A stretch of 64,000 nucleotides of DNA from Octopus bimaculoides (Eukaryota), in assembly GCF_001194135.2 (NCBI RefSeq), contig NC_068993.1, positions 10,340,665-10,404,664 of the forward strand, written 5' to 3'. The notes under the pieces are model-generated. The model saw only the letters and a list, made by a program, of their open reading frames with translations, had not been told where the DNA came from and did no database searches. Below are positions 37,184 through 49,100 of this stretch, piece by piece. Positions within the stretch are counted from its first letter, which is position 1. Each line of letters starts with the position of its first letter. The position numbers and the translations under genes were made by a program.

Positions 37184-40100
37184 TAATCTGTAATGGAATA
37201 GCAACATCTAAATGGAAGGTGACTTCAGTATAACTCAAAACACACCCAAAAATTAATCTTGGAAATTTAAATTAACAATATTTAATTTTAGCACTATATA
37301 TGTATTAGCATTATCTTTATATTCTTATATAAATACTATGTTATTTTAAAACCTATTGTTATACCAATATGCTATTTTAAAAGTAGTGTTATTTTATATG
37401 CATATTGTTATAAAAATACTATAAAATATTGTTATTATATAAGTATTGTTATAAAAATATTATAATGAAGTGTTATAAAATATCAATTGTTAGAAAAAAT
37501 TTTTTTTAAAATAAAATAAAAAGGAAATTTTTCTTGACATACAATTAAAGATGAAAACAAAAATATAATATTCCATGCAAAATGAAATTATCTGTTACAA
37601 TAAATGTATTAGCATAAAACATGGTCTGAACAGTTAATTTACTAAAGGGAAAAAAAAACAAAAAAAAAACAACAACAACAAAAGAAAAACGTTTTTTTAA
37701 AGATTTGTATAGTTAAAAAAAATTCTATTAACAAAATATCAAATCTTTCAAACTTAGAAATACAACACAAATAATTTCTGAAATATTTCAAAACAAAATC
37801 CATTCTAGCCAAACATCAAATATAAGAATTAAGGCATGGGTATTCTTTAAGTTTTGCTCAAAACAGCAAATGCAGAGAATGTGCCTAGCAATGCAGATTT
37901 CACATGCAAGTATAGATATAGCACATTATTTGGGAAATGTCACAGGATATGCATTTTGTGCAGAAATATTCTAGTATGACAGCCCCCACCACCCTTTCAT
38001 CTTTCTAAAGAGTTATATACAGTTCCTTGAATCTAGTTCTGTCACCTCTATGTTACCTAGTTCATAATCCTGTACCAATCCATAAACCCCTTCCTGGGGT
38101 TTCCTTCTAATGACTAGCCTATAAGAGTTCAGATTGAACCATAAGAGCATCAACGCACCCCAAGTATCTCTAGGCACTAGTGTAGGTTTTTAAAAAAATG
38201 CCAAAACAAAACTGTCTCCTAAGTCTCAAGGGGTTCTTAAAAATCAATATTTAAATCTGGTTTCATGATACTAAAAAAAAAAAAAGAAAACAAAAGAAAA
38301 CTAAATCAAAAAGCAAAAAAATAAACTCGACCCCTTGGATGGGGGGTGCTGGCTCATATCTCAGATTAACATTACCAAATGATCTGAGAACAAAGCATTC
38401 CGTTTAGAAAGCTGAAACATCTGGAGCAGATCTGAATTCATGACCTAAGACCGAGTAATCCAATACCTTATATATCCAGTGTGCTATTCAAATTTTAAAG
38501 TGCTTAATCATTATACTTCCATCCTTAGACATACTGCATGTGTGTGTGCGTGTGTGTATATATACAGATATATTATCATCATTATTTAACATCTGCTTTC
38601 CATGCTGGCATGGGTTAGACGGCTTGACTGGAACTGATAAGTCAGAAAGCTGCACCAGGTTCTAGCTGGATTTGGCATCGTTTCTACTGTGGCTGGACAC
38701 CCTTCCTAATACCAATCACTTTGAGAGTGTAGCAGGTACTGTTTACGTGCCATTTTCATGACACTGGCGATGGCTGTGAATATGATTTCATTCGGCTTGA
38801 CAAGTCTTCTCAAGCTCAGTATATCACGAAAGGTCTCGGTCACTTGTCATTGCCTCTGTGAGGCCTGATATTCGAAGATCGTGCTACTGGCAACAGCCAC
38901 GGCTATGATTTCACTTGGCTTGTAATATGAAACTAGCTATTCAATCCCAGTTACATGAACCATAAAGAGATTTAATTAACGCATGAAAATATATCACAAA
39001 TTGAAAAAATAAAGCTATTTGTTAGATCATAGACTTGATATGCACTTGAGAAACTTTGCATAATAATAATAATAATCTTTTCTGTTATAGGTACAAGGCC
39101 TGATATTTGGGAGGAAGGGGCTTGTTGATTATATCGAGTTCAGAGCTTTACTGAATTTATTTTTTTGACCCAGGAGGGATGAAAGTTAAAGTTGATTTCA
39201 GTGGAATTCAAAAATAGAATGTAAAGATGGACAAAATGCTGCCAAGCTTTTTGTCCAGTAGGCTAATGATTCAGCCAGTTCAGCACCTGAACAATAATAA
39301 TAATAATACTTTCTAATTTTGACACAAGGCCAGCAGTTTTGAGGATGGGGGATTAGTCAATTACACTGACCCCAATACTTGAGTGATACTTTATTTTATC
39401 ATTCCTGAAAGGATGAAAAGTAAAGTTGGCCTTAGTAGGATTTGCACTCACAACATAAAGGGCCACCTCACTGTCTTTAATAGTTCCAAATTTTGCTATA
39501 AGACCAGCAATTTCAGTGGGAAGGGTTAGTTGATAACACTGACCCTAGTACTTGATTTTATCAACCCCCCACTAAACGAGGAAAGATAAAGTTTGCCTTG
39601 GTGGTATTTGAACTCAGAACGTCAAGTGCTGGAAAAAATAATGCAAGGCATTGTTCTGACACTCTAGTGATTTTGCCAATCTATCAACCTAAAGCTAATA
39701 ATAATTGTTTCTAACATAGGCACAAAACCTAAAATCTGAAGGGAAGGGGGTTAGTCAATCATATCAGCTCCAGGGAGCTGACTGGTACTTTATTGATCCT
39801 GAAAGGATGAAAGGCAAAAGTATTTTTGACAGGAGCTGAACTGAGTGTGTTAAGTGACTTAACCCTTTTGATATCAATCTGGCTGAAACTGGTTCTGGCT
39901 CTATAGTACAAATGTTTTGTTTTCATAAGTTTTGAATTAAATTCTTCCACCAAACTTTAGTCACAATTTATGTTCCTAACACTAGCTTAATGATAACTAA
40001 GTTATTTTATTAAATTCTTTTTTATAGTTAAAATAATTGAGAGAAACACAGAGCATCTCAAAAAAAATACGGTAATGAAAGGGTTAACTGAATACCACAA

Positions 40101-43100
40101 AATATTTTGTCTGATGATCAATACTCCCAACCCACCACAAACACCTTTGTCAATAGTATTGATATTACTTATTAGCTGACAACCCCCTCATATTTTGTGA
40201 GGAAGGGGCTAGGCATTTGGATTGAAGCATTCTGAATTAAGCCAAATATTATGGGCAAGTAACAAAGACAAAATAAACTGAAGAAAACATTTTTAAAAAG
40301 AAAAAAGATGCAAAGATCATATTTGAGTGTGTGAATATTAAGTGGATAGCAACCTACCTTATCTGGTTGTGAAACTGGTAAGAAGGACATTTTGTTGTCA
40401 ATCCAATTCTCTTGTCTCGTAGTGCCTGCACCAGCAACACCGGGTACAACACAAATCCTGCTGCCTTCAGGACCATATCCACTAACACCTGGAGCATAGC
40501 CACCAGGAACTTGTACACTGGCACCAGGACCAAAAGTCCTGCCTTCAGAAACAACTCTGTTGTCAGTTGCATACAGTCTGCTGTCGGGCCCACATGGTTG
40601 ATAGCTGGGGCTGTATATTTTACCGTTTGGACCATAGAATCTACCGTCAGGACCAAAATATGCACTGTCAGGACTATATGATTCTCCGTCAGGACCATAC
40701 ACCCTGCCATCTGGACTGTATACTTGTCCTTCTGGGCCATAACCTCTACCGTCTGGACCATACAGTCCACCATCAGGGCCATACAGTTTGCCCTCAGGAC
40801 CATATATAGAGCCACCAGGGCCATGACCTTTGCCATCAGGGGAATAAAATCTTTCGTCAGGACTATACAAGGTGTCGTTGGGACCATACATTTTGCCATC
40901 TGGACTGTACAGTCGATTATCAGGACCAAATATCTTGCCGTCGGGACCGAATAGTCTGCCGTCAGGACCATAAACTAGAACATCAGGGCCATATGGCTTA
41001 CCATTAGGACTATACACCCTACCATCTGGAGTATAAACACTGTTGTGGGGACCATAACCCTTGCCATCAGGACCATGCAATTTACCGCCAGGGCCGTACA
41101 CCTTACCACCTGGACCATACACTTTGCCGTCAGGACCATAATTTCTTCCATTTGGACAACATACGACACCATCAGGGCCATAACCTTTGCCAGGAGAGGA
41201 ATAAAATCTTTTGTCTGGACTGTACAGTTTACCATTGGGTCCCACCATTTTGCCATCAGGAGTGAACTCCCTACCACCAGGACCAAATACTTTGCCGTCT
41301 GGACCATAGAATCTACCATCGGGACCATAGTATCTACTGTCAGGACTGTATAATTCTTTGTCAGGACCATAAACCCTGCCGTCTGGACCATACACCTGTC
41401 CTTTGGGACCATATCCCTTGCCATCAGGGCCATGTGGTTTGCCATCAGGACCAAATATTCTACCATCAGGAGCAACTATTTTGCCACCAGGACCATAACC
41501 TTTGCCATCAGGAGCATAAAATCTTTTGTCTGGTTCGTACAGTTGTCCATTTGGACCATACAATCTGCCGTCAGGACTGTACGCTTCACCATTCGGACCA
41601 TAGCCTTTGCCATGAGGGTCTGGAAGTCCAAAACCTTTCCCTTCTGGAGCTTTGTATCCTTTTCCTTCTGGAAGCCCACACACTCTGCCATCAGGAGTGT
41701 ACAGTCGATTATCAGGGCCACATATCTGGCCATTGGGACCAAATAGTCTGCCATCAGGGCTGAAAACTTGACTATCTTGACTGTATGGCTTTCCATTAGG
41801 ACCATACACCCTACCATCTGGGGTATAAACACTGTTGTTGGGGCCATAACCTTTGCCATCACGGCCATGCAGTTTACTGTCAGGGCCATACACCAAGCCA
41901 TCTGGGCCATATACCTTGCCGTCAGGACCATAATTTTTGCCACTTGGACAACATACGACACCATCGGGACCATACCCTTTGCCGTCAGGGTTGTAAAACC
42001 TTTTGTCTGGACTGTATAGCCTATCATTGGGTCCCACTAGCTTGCCATCAGGTGTGAACAGTCTGCCTCCAGGACCAAATACTTTGCCATCAGGACCATA
42101 GAATCTACCATCGGGACCATAGTATCTACTGTCAGGACTGTATAATTCTTCGTCAGGACCATAAACCCTACCGTCTGGACCATACACCTGTCCTTTGGGA
42201 CCATATCCCTTGCCATCAGGGCCATGTGATTTGCCATCAGGACCATATATTCTACCATCAGGAGCATATATTTTGCCACCAGGACCATAACCTTTGCCAT
42301 CAGAAGCATAAAATCTTTTGTCTGGTTCGTACAGTTGTCCATTTGGACCATACAATCTGCCGTCAGGACTGTACGCTTCACCATTTGGACCATAGCCTTT
42401 GCCTTGGGGAGGATCTGGAAGGCCATACCCATTTCCTTCGGGAAGTGCAAAACCTTCTGTTCCTGGAGACCCACAAACACCACCATCTGGACTGTACAGT
42501 TTATCATCAGGGCCATATATCTTGCCGTCGGGACCAAATAGTCTGCCGTCAGGACCATAAACTAGAGCATCAGGGCTGTATGGTTTACCATTGGGACCAT
42601 ACACCCGACCATCCGGGCTATAAACACTGTTGTGGGGACCATACCCTTTACCATCACGGCCATGCAATTTACCGTCAGGGCCATACACTTGACTATTTGG
42701 ACTACACACCTTGCCGTCAGGACCATAGTTTCTGCTGTCTGGACACCATACAGTGCCTTCAGGGCCATAACCTTTGCCATCAGAGTCATAAAATCTTTTG
42801 TCAGGACTGTATAACCCACCATTGGGTCCCACAACTTTGCCATCAGGGGTGAACTCCCTACCAGCAGGACCAAATACTTTGCCGTCTGGACCATAGAATC
42901 TACCATCAGGACCATAGTATCTACTGTCAGGACTGTATAATTCTCCGTCAGGACCATAAACCCTGCCGTCTGGACCGTACACCTCTCCTCTGGGACCATA
43001 TCCCTTGCCGTCAGGGCCATGTGGTTTGCCATCAGGACCATATATTCTACCATCAGGAGCAAATATTTTGCGACCAGGGCCATAGCCTTTGCCATCAGGA

Positions 43101-46100
43101 GCATAAAATCTTCTGTCTGGTTCGTACAGTTGTCCATTTGGACCATACAATCTGCCGTCAGGACTGTATGCCACACCATTCGGACCATAACCTTTATCGA
43201 GAGGAGCTTCTGGAAGGCCGTAACCTTTTCCTTCTGGACACTTGCATGCATCAGTCAAGGGCACAGCACTGGGATAGAGTTCTCCATTGACACTAGGCTA
43301 GAAAAGAAGACACAAAATATATAATTGTAGTGTAATTTGTAAAATGAGATAACAAAAGAGCAAATACACAATATGTAGTCAGTCAAACAGAAACATCAGT
43401 CTCAACTATCAGATGAATTCATAAAAGATTACCTTCTTGTACTGGTTCTAATCAATATAAGAAAAGTGTAAAAAAAACAACAAAACGATATAGAAGACAA
43501 AGTGACTGATAAATTCAGATATGACTGATAACCAATGTTAACAACAAAAATACAATAATATATATACGGAACAAATTCAACATATATCCGTACAGAAACA
43601 GTACAAGATTTAAACACTGCATAAATATGTAAATAAATACATTGTGAATTTCAAATGTTCTTTTTCTTTATTAATGTATTTACATTTGTTAATGTTAATT
43701 AATTACATACACATAATATAATTTTGTGTGTGTATGTGATAATTTTGGTATGGCTTTATTTGGCTGGGTGCATTACATTGTACTACCAGCACCAGAGTGA
43801 TTGTCTACTATGGCTAAAGTATCTCTCTGTACTGTGTCAGTTTATATTTAGAATTGCTGTTTTTCTCGCTGGATGCAAGTGGTATGGTTCGTGTCTTACC
43901 ACAACACTACTTGAAGGTAAGGTGTTCGCAGTGCAGAAACGTGAGGAAAGATGTGTGCTTAGAGCAAGCTGAGGGATTTGTTTTTGGTTGGGTGGGTGAG
44001 CTTCTGGTAGATATGTGACTAGCATAGAGCACATGAATATCTAAAAGTGGGAGAAGAAGGCTCACAGTAGACTGTTGAGTGAAATAATGGCAATTGGCTG
44101 CTGCTGTGCGAAAGCCATAATTTGAGGCTGAGGTTACCTCAATAAAACCCAACCTGGAAATGTTATGTTGCCTAAACATGATGGAAGGGAAATTTAAGCA
44201 AATATTTTATAACCCTACATCCTCCTTTAGACATATTGAAAAGGGAAAACAAAACAAAATTAGCAGGTGACATCTGACAAAATAAAAAGCTTCAGATGAC
44301 AGCATTAAATGGGAGAACCCTACAAAAATGGAAGCAAATAGTGTTATCTGGGCACAGCAGAGAAAAGGGTAATCTTCATAAACACTGCATAATCAAGACC
44401 TCTGTTTAAACACCAGAGATATTTGGGAAATGTAGACATTTTGAAAAGCATCTAGCATGTTATTGGGAAACACTACCTTCACTAGACTAAATGCTCCCCT
44501 AAATAAAAGGACATTTGAAAAACTGCTTTACATTAGGTTCTCTTCAACTTTGCTCTGCCATCTCTTCTCTCTTCATCTTTCCCAGTCAATTCAACCATAT
44601 TTTTTCTTCCAGCACTCATTTTCCTATTTTGACACTTGCTATTATGTTCTCTCACTCTCCTATCAACTCTCCTTAATTTTGTGTAACATAGAATTATGTT
44701 CTTGATTTTCAGCATTATTTTTTTCTAGAGTCTCTTTAAGTTTACACATGAAATAGCCAAGCAAGAATAACTCACACTCAAGAGTTATTCATCTTAGCAC
44801 AAGTGGAAGTTTTTAGATACAAATTTTTCAAAATATCTCTAAGCACATGGTGATATGTGGGTCTGAATATTCAGTATGAAACTCTTGTTTGGCCAGTATT
44901 TTAATTGTATCTATTTATAAATATAATTAATTACATTACCATATGGTTTTTGAGTTGAACACTATATTTTTGGATACCTTTAATATTTTTACCCAAACAT
45001 AATTCTATATAATCTAGTATTTAAAAATCAAACATTTGGTAACAGAAACACTAAACCTGAAAAGAGAAAGTGTTGTTAGATATGAAAGAAGAATTGTCTG
45101 TTTCAGAAAATGATTACTTAACAAAAAAAAAAAAAAAAAAAAAAAAGGAAAGAAATAAAATCCCCCTCCCCTCTCAATAAACAAGAAAACATCGCTATCA
45201 GATTGGTACCATTTGATCTTGAGAAAAGTTTCTTGCATCTATCTATTTGTTGAACTGCTAAGTTACAGAACATAAACACGGACATACACACTGTTTGGTA
45301 CAGTTTCTATCCATTAAAATTAGCTCAAAAGGTATTGGTTGATGTGAAGTACTGGTACAAGGTGCCACATGGTTGCACATCAAGCTTAATCACACAGCCA
45401 TGCCTGCAGCTTTATACATTATATATATATATATACTCTTTTACTGGTTTCAGTCATTGGACTGTAGCCATACTGGGTACAGCTGCACAACCTTAAATGG
45501 TTTTGGTAATTATATTGACTCAGTACATATTTTATCAATATCTCTTTACTGAACTGCTGATTTACAGGACATAAACAAATTAATACCAGACGTCAAGTGG
45601 TCTTGAACTTGAGCATAATTTTATTGAGTTGAATGCTTGTATGCAGGCAGTCAAACACATATACCCACAAAACCAAGCATTACACAATAAGCTCATGAAT
45701 ATACGTTAGCTTTAGATCAGACCTAACCCACAAGATTTATAATTAAAGTGATTCCAGCTGTGCCCATTTTTTTTCAGACAGTGTATCCTTAACTATATTA
45801 TGATCCCATGCACCTTTTTCTTTTTCAAATATGACAGAATGTGATTTAAGAAATTCAGCCATAATTTCTAGCACAACAAAAGACCTAAAAGCTCCCGGTT
45901 ATGTAATTTCACTGCAGCAGAAAGTGTTCTACGCATGAAACAAAAAATATGCAATAATTACACTTGGGCCCTTCAGAATTATATTAGTGACCCTAATTTT
46001 AAAATAGAGGTTAAAATGAAAAATTCAGTATGTAAGAGAAACAGCATTGGAAAAGATTTGACAAATGCTGGATTTTATTTATTTAAAAATTTTTTTATCT

Positions 46101-49100
46101 AGTGATCTGTTTTCACAATTTGATGCAATTCAAGTGCCATAGAGTCAATAGACATCTATGTGGTACAGCTAAAACATGAATACGTTNNNNNNNNNNNNNN
46201 NNNNNNNNNNNNNNNNNNNNNNNNNNNNNNNNNNNNNNNNNNNNNNNNNNNNNNNNNNNNNNNNNNNNNNNNNNNNNNNNNNNNNNNNNNNNNNNNNNNN
46301 NNNNNNNNNNNATATATATATATATAAAGATTCTATTTGTAAATTTTTTTTTTTGAGACAAACATTTTCAGATCAGTTGTATTTGTGTGTAGATGAAGAT
46401 TATATATAAAGACACAATGTAATGTTTTCTAATATTTTATCATTTCCAAACATGAGGGTGTGTCAGTGACTAAGATGTGATGACAGATGGAGCATGCACG
46501 AAACAAAAGATAATGCTAACATGAAGCTACGATGACATTTCATACATTTTATATATGTGCAGTTGCTATAAAAATCATTTTACACAGAAAGACAACAAGT
46601 AAAGCACAAGAAAATACAATAAATAAATGATTAACAAAATAAAACAAAAAAAAAAAGGATGTTGGTTAAAACAGAAGTGACAACAAAAGCTCAAGGGATG
46701 ACCATGCCTTATATATGGAGGTTTGAAGGATAATGGGATTGAAAGTGTATATGCATTCGGATTGATGAATGACAAGAGAGAGAGAGAGAGAGAAAGTAGA
46801 GAAGAGATGGAAGTATAGTAAAGAGATGGAAGTAGAGTGAAGTTGGTAAAATAACTTCCACATTGGAAAGGAATGCCAACAGGCATTTATAAACATTAAC
46901 TAAACAACAATATAAGTGATATAGTGACGTTAATGACATTGACAGTAACAAGAACAATGGGTTAAGACGCAAAAGGAACAAGAGGAGGACAGGAATACTT
47001 GGATACAGGAGCGGGAGGAGGGATGTTCTACAACAGACACCTGACAACACCGAGGAAAGGTAGAAACACAACACAAAAAAAGAAACAAAGGGTTGATACA
47101 TATGAGGTGTGGAGAGAAACAGGTGAGAAAAGTGAAGATGTATAGGACAGGGTATTAGCGGTGAGGGGGGGGGGGAAATGACTCCACAAACAAGCAGGGT
47201 GACATTTCACAGTAAGCAAGAGGACGACAGGGGTGGGGGAATGGAGGAAAAAAAAAGGTATTATTATTGGATACATGTCTTAGAACATCACTTAGCAGAG
47301 TACTTTCTAGAAATTGGAAAACAGAGATTAGGAGAGTAGGAAACTAACTATACATGCCGAGATTCTATTTCTGAAGATGGTTATGAAACGTAGTAAGCAG
47401 ATGAAGATTATAGGTGGGACTCTAGCTAGAAATAAGTACATCCATGCACAGAGCTGTCAACATTTTTTTAATTATTCAATTTAAAGACTGATCTATATTG
47501 TAGAATAGGTAAATTCAAACAGAATTTGCCCACCTATTTAAACTGATCATATCCAGCCCAAATATTCTTCCTGTTTTTAGTGTTCAAACCAGCCAGATCT
47601 GACCTCTCATACCTATCCTGCAGTATCATTCTATAAGTATACAATCGCATCATTGAAATTTCAAAGCTGTGAGATAATGCCTGATTGATTCAAAACAATG
47701 TGAATGAATAAGCATTACATGTGACAGAATAATTTGAATGCTAAAGGGCTAAATGTAGCTTAGAATAGATACTTTGTGTGTGCATACATGTGTTTGTATT
47801 ATTAGTTTCAGCTGTTGAACTGAGTCTATGTTAGGGCACTGCCTTCAAGGAATAATCAATTATAACAAATGCCAGTGCTTAGTAAGTATTTATTTTAGTC
47901 ATCAACCATGGAAAGATGAAACAAAGTGTGCTATCATAGGATTATTACCTCCGCCTTAGTGAAGGCAGAGATATTCTTTTCAGTCATGTTTGTTTGTCCG
48001 TGGACAAGATATCTCAAGAACGACTGGATGGATTTGGATGAAACTTTCAGGGATGTTTGGCCTTATGACTGACACAAACTGATTAGATTTTGGGATCGAT
48101 CCGGTACCAGACAAGGATTCTGGATTATTTTTCTTGTTTTTTTTTACATAATTTTTGAGAGCGGTCAGGTTCGTATTTAGTATTTTCGTTTGTGAGAGCA
48201 GTCGAGTTTATTTCAGATATTATCATTTTAAAAATCATCTCTGGCTAATCATTGAGAGGATGTTGGTGTTGCCTTGGTGGAGGTTTGCGCTTTCTGAGTG
48301 CTCTTATTATTATTATTATTATTATTTTCATCATTAAATAGGTACAGTCATATCTTCTGAAGTAGATTTGTTTAAAACAAAACTTCAAAAAAAAAAAAAA
48401 AAAAGGTAGAAAAGAAGCTAGCTTATTGATAGAGATTTAATTAGTACCATGGCAGGTCAAGTGACTATATAACTTCTTTCATTAGCTTATGAAGGTTTAT
48501 GTATATTTTTACCAAGGTCACAACCTATGATCCCAGTCATGACCATCCTGCCCTCTGCTTTTCTACCAGTGTATCCATGACGCTATCCCATGTACTGTTC
48601 CCTTTTTAAGATGACAGATTTAAAGGAGATTTGCCGATTTCTTGCAGGTCAGGAGACTGCATAGCAGCATGTGCATTAATGGCTGAATATATGAAGATAT
48701 GTAAATGTAGACCAAGTGTAGGTTAGAATTGCGTAAAATTGAGTATATAATGTGTGTATATCTAAGAAATTAGAACAGCACTAGTTGAACAGCTCTGATA
48801 TAGAAAAAATACATGAGAGTGATAGAGAGAGAGAAAAAGAACCGGGCCATGTTCTTATTAGTAGACAAAGGAGTAGATTGCAGATAAGTATTACAGGTTG
48901 GTGTCGGCAAACACCACCGACAGACAGAAGATGGCAAACCTTCTCTACCAATTCTTGTTCTTCGTCTAGAATAGGGGGCAACTTTGTCTTCATTTGCTCT
49001 GCCTGAGCATCAAATGTTGTCACCTTATCCTTGCCCTCACCTTCATCATCAGAGGAATCGGACGAAGAGGAGGAGGAGGAGCTGGATGAATGCTGTAAAG

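Noticed and set aside
40172-43264. ORF-track call of a stand-alone 1030-aa protein
   Set aside because: It starts at GTG, not ATG, just inside a strong acceptor, and runs through a good donor; better explained as an internal exon.
40354-43324. About 20 overlapping ORFs in other frames and on the + strand (e.g. 42562-43251, 41476-42027, 42226-42852)
   Set aside because: Shadow frames of the 21-bp coding repeat; they lack splice or start context and mirror the same periodicity.
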